Below, one piece after another: positions 11,234 through 30,140 of a stretch of 64,000 nt of DNA. Each line of letters starts with the position of its first letter. Position 1 is the stretch's first letter. Position numbers and translations under genes: made by a program. Source of the DNA: Eledone cirrhosa (Eukaryota); assembly GCA_964016885.1 (NCBI GenBank), contig OZ024753.1:3782001-3846000 (forward strand). The letters run 5' to 3'. The notes beneath the pieces were generated by a model. The model was not told where the DNA came from. It ran no database searches and saw only the letters and a program-made list of their open reading frames with translations.

Positions 11234-11839
11234 TGGTGGCTGCCAACTCGTTTTCGAGTACGGCCACTACTTTATATCCATGTAGGAGAAGCCTACCCAT
11301 GCGCTGAACGAGTGTGACGTTTTAGTCCAGCCAGCGACTTGAACACTCTGGTACAAACACTACACTTGTGACAATTATTGACACATAGTGCTGGGCCCAT
11401 GATACCATGTGACGACAAGTGCAGAGAGATCTCCAGATATAAAGCAATGCCTGTGCCGTGAAGCTTTTATAGTGAGCAATGGCACTGCACAAAGAAAGTC
11501 CCACTCTCTTAACCAAGAAGATATTTACCAAAAAGAACAAGGCAACATCATTGGATACCATCAGGGTTGCAGGTGTTATATCAGAGTTTTCCTTGTCCTA
11601 GAATTCTGCCTTGACAAAGGCTAAGGGGTCATCTCTCCCGGTGATTTTGGATGGCCATTGACTCTTACGAGCTCCTTTGCCCTTTGACAGGTTTTGTTTT
11701 TAGTCCTGCAGGATGTCCAAAGTCAGCCTCCTCACCAAGAAACTTTGGTGGGGTTGCCAGTTTAGTCGCCAACGACCCGACCATGAGACAGGTTGTACTG
11801 GGATACATGTTACCAGTAGCACCAACTGATGACCTGACA
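11234..11839. mobile_element. 606-bp TG...CA element in (TA)n (solo-LTR-like, class unassigned)
   Basis: Starts TGGTGGCTGCC and ends GACCTGACA, with TA repeats on both sides. The same ends recur in the copies at 22894-23377 and 13704-13895. Confidence 0.65.
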
Positions 11840-13703
11840 TTATATTATATATATACACACACACACATATATATATATATACACGCACACATATATATAT
11901 ATATACACACATATATATATATATATATATAGTTATCCAGATCCCTGTGCTACCATTACACTAACACATCACCCATCTCCCTTCCATTCAAATTAGAAGT
12001 TACATTCTTAGCAAGTATGATGACAAGTAAGTATGTTTTGAAACAGCGAGCAAGTTTTAAACTAGAAAATAGAAGCTTTCACCGTATTTTTTGACTAAAG
12101 AAATTTTAGCCTGATAGTGGGGTTTAGAACCCTCAGAGAAATAGAAAAAGATGAGTATTGACGTACATTTACGTCAATGCTCATCTTTATATATATATAT
12201 ATATTTACAAATATATATTATTTTATTATAAACAAAATAATCGTAATTAAATTGATTATAGTTTGCCTCTTCTAACCGATTGATTATTTCATTATCTTTA
12301 GTAATTCAAAGTGTTTTTCGCTCTACACTCTAAACCCTCTCTCTCTTCTTGTTTTCATAGTAGCATACCTGTGAGTTAAATTACCATTTATCCTCTCTTT
12401 GAACTGAAAAATTATGACTTTATCTCCATAAATTAATCTATAATGTTTTTTTTTTTATTCTGTGTTTTTCCTTGAAATATGAAGCTGTATATATTTACTG
12501 AAATAAACAAAATGTCTAATGATTTTACATTGCATTAAAACAATCCAACCAGATAGAAATACGTATCAGTAATTAAAAAGCTTATAATTTTAATATCTTC
12601 CTTTTCATTCCTTGTTGTTTTAAGCTCATTACTAAAAACAAGAAATTTGGAGTCGAATTTACGTTTATAGAAGTTAGAAATGTTTCTAACCTTCGCTCTC
12701 CATTTATCTATCTATCTATCACTCACTCGCATACCCCCCTCTCATTTTGGTTAATTATTCATCTGTTTATCTGTCTATATAATTATCTCTACCTCTCTCT
12801 ATCTCTGTCGTTCTCACTACTTTTCTATCTATATATCTATTTATCTTTTCTCCGTATCTTTTTTCTCTCTCACACATATTTTTTTAATCTCTATATCTAT
12901 CCATGTCCATTTCACAAAGAGAGGTAGAACAGACCCACTAACCAATCAATAAATATGCTGAAGTGTGAGGTAATAACTCAATCAAAGGGAATCTATACAT
13001 CTATAAAGAAAGGATGTTGAAGATTTACACACATCAACATAAACATGATTTTCAAAAGTGCTGTGAGATGGCGAGACGGGAACGGGAAGCATGGATCTCT
13101 CTGTATATATATATATATATAAAAATTCCTCTTCAAATATAAAAAGTGGAAAGGTGTAGGTGAAAAAGTTATATCAGCTAAAAATACGGTAATTGATTAT
13201 TATAAACTGTACACATGGCAACAAGTAATGTTTTTTAAAAACTTATATATGAAATGCTACTGTTTTAGATTAATTACACGTACAATTAATTATTCATTAA
13301 AATATGTTACCAAACACTTGTTTACAATTGTTTCATCCACGTGGGACTTATCAAAATCATTCATTTTATAGATAATCGCCTCAACAAATTCTCACGAACG
13401 CACAAAAGTTCCGGAAATATTTGTTTAAATTTTACAACACACTTTATTCATGAAGACACGATGTTAGTTATCACGTGCAATATGGCGTTCATTTATACAG
13501 GCACCCAAACGAATGTCCTACACCAAAATAGTATTCTAACAATAGGCAATGTCACTTTTTCTACATAAATTCTTTATAAATGCCAAAAAAAAAAAAAGGA
13601 ACAAAAATTATTCAGATGCAATCACCCATGCCTCGCCCCACATGCTCACAACTGGGGGCCTTTCACGCCCAGGTGAAGAAAAAGGGAAACAAAGTACTAT
13701 TTC

Positions 13704-13895
13704 GATGGCCGTTGACTTTGCTAAGTTCCTCCTCCCTTTGCCGAGTATTGTATTTCATCCCGCAAGGTGTCCAAATATCACCCTCTTCACAAATCCGGCT
13801 TGGTGGGGGTCGCCGGTTTAGTCGCCGACGCTCCGACCATGAGACAGGTTGTACTGGGTTACATGTTACCAGTAGCACTTGAGAGTGACCTGACA
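13704..13895 (+). mobile_element. Diverged relative of the 606-bp element (right part)
   Basis: Shares gatggcc.ttgact...tttagtcgcc.acg..ccgaccatgagacaggttgtactggg.tacatgttaccagtagcac...gacctgaca, then TA repeats. May extend left to about 13580. Confidence 0.75.
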
Positions 13896-14383
13896 TAATA
13901 CATACGCATATATATATATATATATATATATGCACACTGATGTTATTTCAATCTACGAAGAAAAATAGTAATATGTTTTTAAAGCTACTTATTTTATAGT
14001 ACATACTATATTCAGACATTTAACTCACTGGAGATGAATGTGCAGCAAAGAGTTAAAATGTGACATAAATAGAATATTGATGAGCAAATATAGACGACGG
14101 CGCTGGATATCTGCTAATATCTCATTAGTACGTATACATATAAACATACATATAAACACACACACATATATATAATATTCTGTGTATGTGTGTATGCGTT
14201 TGTGTGGGTATTTGTGTGTGCGTGCTTGTATGTTCGTGTATATGTCGATCTTTTGTGTGAATATATCTGCATGATCCAGTTTTCCAGTGTATACGGAAAA
14301 ATGAAAAGGGCGATAGTCAAGTGGACGGATTGTTGTAGAGAAGGATATCGTGTTTATACATGTATCCGTTATTTAACGGCTGA

Positions 14384-14760
14384 GAGAGAGAGAGTGGGTG
14401 AAGTGGAGAGAAAGTGGGAGAAAGAGAGAAAAAGAGAGAGAGTAAGAGAGGAGCAAGAAGAGAGAGAGAGTGAGAGAGGAGCATGAAGAGAGAGAGAGTG
14501 TGAGATGAGCAAGAAGAGAGAGAGAGTGTGAGATGAGCAAGAAGAGAGAGAGCGAGAAATGGAGAGAATCTGGGCAAAAGAGAGAATGCAGAGAAACGGA
14601 GAGAAAGAGAAGATGGAGAGAGAGAGAAAGAAAGTGTGAGAAAGAGAGAAAAAAGAGAAAAAACAGAGAAAGAGTGTGTGAGAGAGAGAGAACGAGAAAA
14701 AAATGAAATATAGGAGAGAAAAATGATATATAGAAGAGAAGACTGAAAAAAGAAAAAAAG
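14384..14760. repeat. GA-rich purine tract with short internal repeats
   Basis: gagatgagcaagaagagagagagagtgt-like units. Confidence 0.9.
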
Positions 14761-15029
14761 ATTTGACCTAGTGAAAGAGCAGTCTTTACGGAGTCACAAA
14801 GAAGAATAAAATGATTGTAAGAATGAAGACAAGAATAATACACAAAGTAGCATACTATGATTCTGACTAATGTTCACGAACAATTGGTTGGGATGAAGAC
14901 GGGATAATAGAATAAATGCACGAACGAATGACAGATTAAAAATTAAAACGAACAAAAGTAGAAAAAAAAAATAATGCATTTATTGAAATGTGTTGCTTCA
15001 TGCTAATAACATTAAACATATTGTAATTG

Positions 15030-15452
15030 ATATATATATACTGTACATACATTATATATATATACGACTATATACATTATATATATATATATATACGTCT
15101 ATATACATTATATATATATATACGTCTATATACATTATATATATATATACGTCTATATACATTATATATATACGTCTATATACATTATATATATACTTCT
15201 ATATACATTATATATATACTTCTATATACATTATATATATACTGTACATACATTATATATATATACGTATATATACATTATATATATATACGTATATATA
15301 CATTATATATATACTGTACACATACATTATATATATACGTCTATATACATTATATATATACGTCTATATACATTATATATATACGTCTATATACATTATA
15401 TATATACGTCTATATACATTATATATATACTTCTATATACATTATATATATA
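15030..15452. repeat. TA-derived minisatellite (tatacattatatatatatacgtc)
   Basis: Tandem units of about 21-27 bp. Confidence 0.9.
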
Positions 15453-15585
15453 TACGTCTCTTTACGATCTGAGTTCAAATCCCGCGGAGGTTAACTTTGC
15501 CTTTCATCCTTACGGGGTCGATAAAATAAAGTACCAGTAATGTACTGTTTAATTGCTGGCTTGTACCAAAAGTAGAAACAATTAT
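15453..15585 (+). mobile_element. Meta-like SINE, 5'-truncated
   Basis: tctgagttcaaatcccgcggaggttaactttgcctttcatccttacggggtcgataaaataaagtaccag...agtagaaacaattat. Confidence 0.85.
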
Positions 15586-15657
15586 ATATATATATAAATA
15601 TAATAACAATAAAAAAGACGATTTGTTGTCTCTGCTATGTCATTGCGTTCATTGAGT

Positions 15658-15705
15658 AGTGACGCCGCGCGTTTCGCTATTGATCAGCTCAAAGGCTCAT
15701 CGGGC
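15658..15705 (-). ncRNA. Degenerate hammerhead-like motif (family shared with 61636-61720)
   Basis: Minus strand reads cCGATGA-gc...tgagctgatcaata-gc-GAAAC-gcgcggc-GTC-act. Confidence 0.45.
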
Positions 15706-15706
15706 C

Positions 15707-15987
15707 TTGCAAAGAGTTACGGCCCTTTATGATCTAAGTTCAAATCCGGCCAAGGTTAATTTGCCTTTCATCCTTATGGGGTCGATAAAATAAAGTACCA
15801 GTAATGTACTGATTTATTGCTGGCCTTGTGCCAAATGTAGAAACAATTATTATTATTAATATTATTGTTATTTTTATCGAACCCGTAAGGAGGAAAGGAA
15901 AATTCAAATCACGTCGATAAAATAAAAACGAGTAATGCTCTAGGATAATTGATGGGCTATTTCCAAAAAGTAGAAACAATTATTATT
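15707..15987 (+). mobile_element. Meta-like SINE cluster (plus copy, short inverted piece, second plus 3' end)
   Basis: Plus copy 15707-15857, antisense core at about 15871-15904, and a 3' end at 15913-15987. Confidence 0.75.
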
Positions 15988-16196
15988 AATACTACACTCT
16001 GCTTAGTTCTACACATCTATACTCAGCGAAACTACGCATTGAGTGCGCAATCTGGTGAACCTACAATAACAGAAAGGATTATTCTCCATGTTGTTCCAAT
16101 CGGAAACCATGTTTATTCCCTTTCAGAAACTAATTAGTTCGAGTGAAATTTTAGTAAGTAAGTTAATTTTTATAATTTTCTTATTTTACGTCTTTC

Positions 16197-19654
<3,458 letters not shown>

Positions 19655-20090
19655 ACAATTAAGTTAAAAATGTACATCTACATATGCATACTGAAATACT
19701 AGTGTGTATATGAATACACACACGTATACATATGTAGGTGTACCAAGTCTTTCACTGGTCGCTTTACAACGAAACAACGAAACTAGTTCAATATTCCTTT
19801 TCTGGCTTTCTGAAGAATAGGGGGAAGGTGTTCCCCCGAAAAACCAGTATGACTCTAAAAACCGGTTTGTCTGTGTGTTTACATACAGAATAGCTGGGCC
19901 GCTCACTTTAAAGCGACCAGTGAAAGACTTGGTACACCTACATATGTATACGTGTGTGTATTCATATACACACTAGTATTTCAGTATGCATATGTAGATG
20001 TACATTTTTAACTTAATTGTTTAAGCGTCAGTCATACAAAAGTGAGTTACAAACGAAACAAAATCTAATTTCGTTTCGTTATTTGTTTTT
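19655..20090. mobile_element. Fold-back element: 112-bp inverted arms, 142-nt spacer, 70-nt tail
   Basis: 19655-19766 is the reverse complement of 19909-20020. The spacer has CTGAAGA...ggggaa/ggtg/ttcccc-c-GAAA. (TA)n on both sides. Confidence 0.75.
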
Positions 20091-20193
20091 ATATAATCAT
20101 ATATATATATATATAATCATATATATATATATATGATTGTATATATGTATGTATATTTATATATATATATATATAATCATATATATATATATA

Positions 20194-20233
<40 letters not shown>

Positions 20234-20448
20234 TGTATATATGTATGTATATTTATATATATATATATATAATCATATATATATAATCATATATATATAT
20301 ATATATATATATAATCATATATATATATATATAATCATATATATATATATATATATAATCATATATATATATATATATATAATCATATATATATATATAT
20401 ATAATCATATATATATATATATATAATCATATATATATATATATATAT
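20091..20448. repeat. (TA)n/ATAATC array
   Basis: Direct reading. Confidence 0.95.
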
Positions 20449-20798
20449 GTAGATAAATCTACCAAGAGTTTACGGTAGTGTCCAATCCGTATGAAGAACT
20501 CAATGTAGTCCGGATATCATGGAAAGAAGAGATGCAATGAAAAATCACTTTCGGTGAAAGATAAACGGAATACAGAGTCAAGATAAAATATTAAAAAAAT
20601 AATGAATAAAACAATGAAACAGTTCCTTATATTAAACAAAAAAAGTTCATTATTTAACGATCGTTTCTAGGATATATATGTGTTAGAATTGGCATGCATA
20701 TTCAACAGATCTATGTACAAAATTATACAAACTATCAAAATTAAATATACATACCAAACACATATATATGCCGTCTTCAGAAATATTATGCTTCATGC
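20449..20798 (-). mobile_element. PLE pLTR-like island within (TA)n
   Basis: Unique 350-bp island containing a hammerhead motif, bounded by TA arrays. Confidence 0.6.
20651..20785 (-). ncRNA. Hammerhead motif with very long stem II
   Basis: Minus strand reads tattt-CTGAAGA-cggc-atatatatgtgtt...aacacatatatat-ccta-GAAA-cgatcg-TT-aaata. Stem III is the palindrome ACGATCGT. Confidence 0.7.
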
Positions 20799-22893
<2,095 letters not shown>

Positions 22894-23377
22894 ACATCCT
22901 GCAGGACTAAAAATAAAACCTGTCAAAGGGCAAAGTAGCTCTTAAGAGTCAATGGCCATCCAAAATCACCGGCAGAGATGACCCCTTAGCCTTTGTCAAG
23001 GCAGAATTCTAGGACAAGGAAAACTCTGATATAACACCTGCAACCCTGATGGTATCCAATGATGTTGACTTGTTCTTCTTTTTGGTAAATATCATCTTGG
23101 TTAAGAGAGTGGGACTGGCTTCGTGCAGTGACTTTACTCACTATAAAAGCTTCACAGCAGAGGCATTGCTTTGTATCTGGAGATCTCTCTGCACTTGTCA
23201 CATGGTATCATGGGCCCAGCACTATGTGTCAATAATTGTCACAAGTGTAGTGTTTGTACCAGAGTTTTCAAGTCGCTGGCTGGACTAAAACGTCACACTT
23301 GTTCAGCGCATCGGTAGGGGTTCTCCTACATGGATATAAAGTAGTGGCCGTACTCGAAGACGAGTTGGCAGCCACCA
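22894..23377 (-). mobile_element. Inverted, truncated copy of the 606-bp element
   Basis: Its reverse complement matches 11234 to about 11716, with the same TGGTGGCTGCC terminus next to TA. Confidence 0.85.
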
Positions 23378-24090
<713 letters not shown>

Positions 24091-24599
24091 ACAGAGAGAG
24101 AGTAAGAGAGATGTAAAAATTTTAGGTTTCATATCATTATACACATTTATAATATGAATGTAAAGACAGATACATAATTGGCTTCAAAATGAAAATCAAA
24201 TTCTTTCTAAATCTTTTTCGTGTGAACAGAGTTCGTGGCAAATTTAATAATATCTGTGCAGTTCTACTAAATGATTTATAATTACAAACGAAAATGTTAT
24301 TTGTGCCTTGTGCCCTACTTAAATGCTCTTACACATGTATCATTTTTCGTTACTGTAACTATTAACCAACGAAAATAATATTGGAATCTATATGATCCAA
24401 TTTGTCAGGGTAAATGAATAAATGTATATCTGCCTCATAATCTATTGTGTCGTCATGTCTGAAATTTGTAGAAATTTGTTTTTTGTCCATAAATGTCTAC
24501 AAATTTCATACGTGACGACCCAATATCAAATCGGTTCAAATACTTTCACATATTTCTTCTCCTTACACATATTTCTTCTCTACTTCTTTTGCACCCATT

Positions 24600-24900
24600 T
24601 ATTCCTGAGAGATTCAAGTGGGCAGAGTCCTCGCAGACTCCGTTCAACGGGTCTGTCAAAAACAACCGTCTCCAACTGATCTGGCCGACCAACCGGGCTC
24701 ATGGACGTTATACAACCATCTTGCTTGATGTCTACCCCTTGTTCTCTTACCGGTTGCTTTCACCTGTTAAATCTGTCCAGTAATACTTTCAACTGGAGTG
24801 ACGCCCTGATCTTAGAGTTAATTCATAGAGTAACGTTACACCAAAGATCCTGCGGAGGAATTCCATTTCGTCCTCTTGTACTCATAATCGTATTTCTGAA
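24600..24900 (-). pseudogene. RTE-clade LINE ORF 3' fragment
   Basis: Minus-strand translation gives VQEDEMEFLRRIFGVTLL and KATGKRTRGRHQARWLYNV, matching the RTE EMxFLRRI and GxRxRGRPxxRW motifs. Stops and frameshifts present. Confidence 0.75.
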
Positions 24901-25237
24901 AATATTTCCAATTATTTCGATCATAATTAACCACGATCTATTTCCTTTAATAATTACACGGCTAACAGCCAAGGATAAAAGATTAGTGGACAATATGAAA
25001 TCGGGAAGATATTAATGTCAGGATTACAAATTGTAGATGTTGAGATTAGAGAAAAAAATACTAATAAAGAAGCACCCAATTTGTCATACTATTTGCTAGA
25101 AATAATAACCAAAAGCTACTTCATCACATGAAAACATTTCATCAAATAAAAAAAGAACACATTCGATAAGAACATATATATATATATATATACATACAAT
25201 CATATAAACATATGTATATATAAACACACACACACAT

Positions 25238-25271
<34 letters not shown>

Positions 25272-25841
25272 AACATACATACACACACATATATATGTAT
25301 ATATAAAACATATACGCTCACAAATATACACATAAACATATACACACACACACACACACAAACAATCATATACACACACACACACATACAATCATATGTA
25401 TATATATATATATAAGTGTGTGTGTGTACATATATATATATATATATATATACATCCATAAGGTACATAAGATATGTTAGGTTATTTATTTCTGTGAATA
25501 TTTTTCATTTGCACCTGCAATGCTTGTGAGTAAATTGAAGGAAATATTCAAATCATCATCTTAAATAAACGAACATAACACATGCAAAAATATAATAAGT
25601 TAATAATTCAATTCTCAAACTCTATTTATTCCAATTATTAAGCTGACAAAATTCTTTCTATTATTATATTTTCAATTTTCATAATTCGATATATAAATAT
25701 ATATTATAATAATGATGAAATGAAGATGGTTATAATAGTTCCATAGATTTTATACGTATTTCGAATACAAAATCATCCTGCGACAGATGTGTTGAGTGCT
25801 ACATATCTGCATAGTTTTATTGTTCTACAATATTACTCACT

Positions 25842-25897
<56 letters not shown>

Positions 25898-25991
25898 GTG
25901 CATATATATATATAAATACATACATACTAACACACACATATATATATACATATATACATATATACGTATACACACACATATATACATACAT

Positions 25992-26028
<37 letters not shown>

Positions 26029-26113
26029 CATATATACATACGCACACACACATATATATACATACATATATTCATGCACACATACATAAATATACATATA
26101 TATATATATATAT

Positions 26114-26158
<45 letters not shown>

Positions 26159-26409
26159 CATACTTATATACATACATATACACATACATACATATATACA
26201 TATATGTGTGTATATATACATGAATTTGTTTTGCGATGAACTTGTTTTTCCATGTTTTTGATATGAAATCGTGTGTCGAAACAAATATTGTTATACTTGG
26301 GGAGGGTCATATTGTTGTAATAATATTGCCAGAAATAATAACAGAACACACTCACTCATGAAGATGCCGTGGACATTACAGTACAATACAATAGGAGGAA
26401 ACATAATAG

Positions 26410-26453
26410 TACCACTGATGATGTTGCAGATGTGCAACGAAAGAACTTTGATA
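26410..26453 (+). ncRNA. Minimal hammerhead motif
   Basis: tacca-CTGATGA-t-gttgca/gatg/tgcaac-GAAA-gaac-TT-tgata. Stem II is a perfect 6 bp; stem I has one mismatch. Confidence 0.7.
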
Positions 26454-26468
26454 GACTATATATATATA

Positions 26469-26604
26469 GTCCAGAATTATCCGTCGAAACGGCTTGAGCT
26501 CAGCCGTCGGGGTCCTACTCGTTCCTATTACCCACTCTACTACCCTAAGTATTGAGTACTTTGGTGCGTTATGGTCCATCTGGTTCCTTACCACATCTCC
26601 TTCG

Positions 26605-26606
<2 letters not shown>
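26469..26606 (+). mobile_element. Family B long arm plus tail, (TA)n-flanked
   Basis: Near-identical to 1594-1727 but starts gtccagaatt. Confidence 0.85.
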
Positions 26607-26642
<36 letters not shown>

Positions 26643-26837
26643 CCGTATTTTAAACCGCTGGTCAATCAATGATAAACATTGATTGCCAAATAAATTAACT
26701 GCGGAGATATAAAAGATACAGAAGCTAAAACTAACCAAATAGTGAGTGTGCTCTGTTATTATATGTGCGTAGTACTCATAACAAATGGTGTCTCTCCGGA
26801 TCAAATCAGAAAAAATATGGGTTACGTTCGGGTTAGA

Positions 26838-26885
26838 ATCTGTCATGAAGGCAGGAGATTTGGGTTCCTGAAATAGCTGTTAGAT
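26838..26885 (+). ncRNA. Degenerate hammerhead-like motif
   Basis: atct-GTCATGA-aggc-agga/gatttgggt/tcct-GAAA-tagctg-TT-agat. Two substitutions in the core. Confidence 0.4.
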
Positions 26886-27074
26886 AAATGTGTTTCATAT
26901 CTGCAAGTCGAAGTCTACAATAGCAACACTGGGAGAAAGGGAAATATGGATGGTTGTGTATCTGGAAATAAAGGGTAGCGTGGAGTAGTGCCTTGGAGAA
27001 GAAATACAGCTGGCTTCGAAGAAGGTGATATAGATATGTGCCAGATTTGCCTGAGCGGAGGTGGTATGTAACTA

Positions 27075-27132
<58 letters not shown>

Positions 27133-27971
27133 TAACTGTACTATTTTAATCATATTTACACTCGAAATAAGACTGGAAATTCCAACTATCGGGATGGAGA
27201 ACTGATAAAGAGAGAACACGCCTATATAATTACTGTGCTATATATAGATATTATACTATTTATGCTTGAAAATATCCAGTGTGGTTAAAAGTTTCCATTG
27301 CAAATACATAGTTGCGAGTTCGATTAACTGGACCACAATTTGATCAAGCCTCTTGTGATGACCATTAAAATGTGCGTGCACCAGTTCTTCGCTCATGCAC
27401 ACACAATTGTGTGTGTGTGCTTGTGTGTGTGAGTGAGAATTTCGTATGTCAAATGATATACAGTGTGTTTAAGAATATAAACATTTGGAAAGCATTCGAG
27501 CTTTGACTATTAAAAAGCACACGCCTATCGCCGTCTAGCGGATTCCAGCAGAAGCAGCGGGGGACAATTCTCAATGTAAAGTTCTGGCTCTGGACGTCAA
27601 AATTCTAACTAGGAAACAGAATGATTCTTAGCTTCAGAGTTAAGAATAAAGTAAATAAAATAAAATACAGAGGTAATTGAAATTAAATAAATACATACAC
27701 GCATCCATATACGTACATACACAAGTATACGTGAAAAGACTCGACATAGGTATACACATACACGCACGTACACAAAAAAAAAACCCGCATGCACATACAG
27801 AACCCACGCAACGCCTGAGCCCGCACGCATACATATATATAAATATAACAATGCAAACATACATAATTAGGTAAATAGATTATCGTCGTTTTTTTATGTT
27901 TATTTAATCGTTCGATCAAGTGGACTTCCTCTTCATAGATTGAGCGTGCAATTGGTTGGACATTAGAAACG

Positions 27972-28011
<40 letters not shown>

Positions 28012-28651
28012 CATTAAATATGTATACATACGTTAAATTAAAATTTTCTATAATGCGTTGTGTACAAATATTTGATGCACAAATCTCTTGATATATACTG
28101 CTCTGTATCTAAATATGTATGAATATATGTATATATGCAAGTATGTATGAATGCAAGTAAGTATGTATTCAAGTATGTATATACGCAATATGTATATATG
28201 TGTAAGTATGAATGAATGCAAGTATGTATGTATTCAAGTATGTATGTATGCAATATATATGTATGCAAGTATGCATGTACGGAATATATATATATGTGTA
28301 TGCAAGTATGTATGTTCAAGTATATATGTATGCCAAGAATGTATATATGCAAGTATATGCTTACTTTAGTATATGTCAACAGATATTTGTGATGAAACGG
28401 TAAGATAAAGAGAGAAAATTAGTTTGTTTTGACGTACATGATATAAATAAACATATGATGTTTGAAAAAAGCTTAGTTCATTAATACATTCTTTCTAAGA
28501 TTAATCAATTATATACTAGTAACACTTATTGATTTTTATTATTTGCTGTCGGTGTTAAATATTGAGGGGGCGGAATTGTTTAACTTGACCAAATATAATA
28601 TTAGGAATTATCCTGGTCGTCAAGTGTGAATCTATGCAGTGGTTTCACAAC

Positions 28652-29064
28652 ATTTACATCCAAAGCTGATTTCAAACCGTATGTGGCTTTTCCTTTCACT
28701 CTTCTATTTCTGGACGGCTAAATCTCCTTACCATTAAAGGAACACCATCTAGATATCGACCACCTTATATGTACCACGACCTGGGCTGAGTTATTCAGAA
28801 ACCATTGTGATATCGACGTTGTCTTGTTTAACATGTACACACTTTTTATTTACCATACATACATGCATGCATACATACTTACGTGCATATATATATATAT
28901 ATATATATACGGACATACATGCATACGTAAGTACATTCGTCCATATGTACGTACGTGAAGGCGTACATGTATACATATATACATCATACATACATATAGA
29001 TATAAAATCATATCTAGGTGTGTGTGCTAGTAAGTAAGTATATTGTTAGTTTACCGCAATATAA
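28652..29064 (+). repeat. Interspersed repeat with inverted partner at 31895-32360; partial tandem duplicate at 29065-29247
   Basis: atttacatccaaag...ggcttttcctttca...tatcgaccaccttatatgtaccacga...attcagaaaccattg is shared between the copies. Confidence 0.8.
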
Positions 29065-30079
29065 GTACCACGACCTGGACTGAGTTATTCAGAAACCATT
29101 GTGATATACACGTTGTTTTGCCTAACACGTAAACAATTTTTATTTACCATACACACGTAAGTACTTGAATTTATATATACATACCTGCATATATATGTAC
29201 AAACATCCATATGTACGTACGTGCATGCGTACATGTATACATATATATGCCAGATTTACCTCAAATATCTCTTAAAGGATTAAAGTACACGTTGAATAAT
29301 ATTGTTTCAATGCAATGTGTCGAAGTATAATGTGTGATTTTTGTGGGAGGAATGCTTTTAATCTTAGCTGTGCTCAATCAAACTTGGCCTCAAGTTAAGC
29401 ATCAACAACAATCGTAACAAATGGTACTTGTTATATAGACGCCCGTGGGATGGAGAGCAAACAACGACTTGATGGAATTTGAACGCAGATTCTACTGACA
29501 CGTAGAGACTTATTTTATAAAATCAGTCCGTAAGTCAAATAGTCATGTAGCTGGGTTGATCACTCATCGGTATTCGGTTGGGGGATCAACTAAACTACCT
29601 GTTTAGTTGAATAAGATTTTAAGTGGTTATGTATTTCAGTGTCGCGTGTAGGATTAATGCATGCCTCGGAAAAGATTACCTGATGAACTGTCGAGTTACA
29701 GGAACGATCAACCACACGGCATCACGTATCCGTCAATTTACATATATCTACTTAATTATTAACATATAAATTAACATATAAATTAATAACATATTAATAA
29801 CATATTAATTAATATGTTATTAATATGTTATTAATTTATATGTTATTAATATGTTATTAATTTATAACATATTAATAACATATACATTAATAACATATTA
29901 ATAACATATAAATTAATAAATAAGATCAAAATAATTATGTATATATATATATATATAGATATGTTTATATCTATATATATATATAAATATATATATACTC
30001 TCGAAATGGACTCAGATGTGGCAGCACTTATCGATTGTTGCAGTGGTTTGTGGAGCAGTCTACCCAATAGATATGTTAT

Positions 30080-30140
<61 letters not shown>

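Noticed and set aside
11322-11932. ORFs conserved between 11.3-11.9 kb, 13.6-13.9 kb and 23.0-23.3 kb
   Set aside because: Similarity reflects repeat copies. The ORFs are short, on both strands and have no recognisable motif.
29676-29715. CTGATGA-actg...cag-GAAC motif (also lone CTGATGA at about 9366, 11826 and 39767)
   Set aside because: No complete GAAA, UH triplet and stem I, so it could be chance or too decayed.
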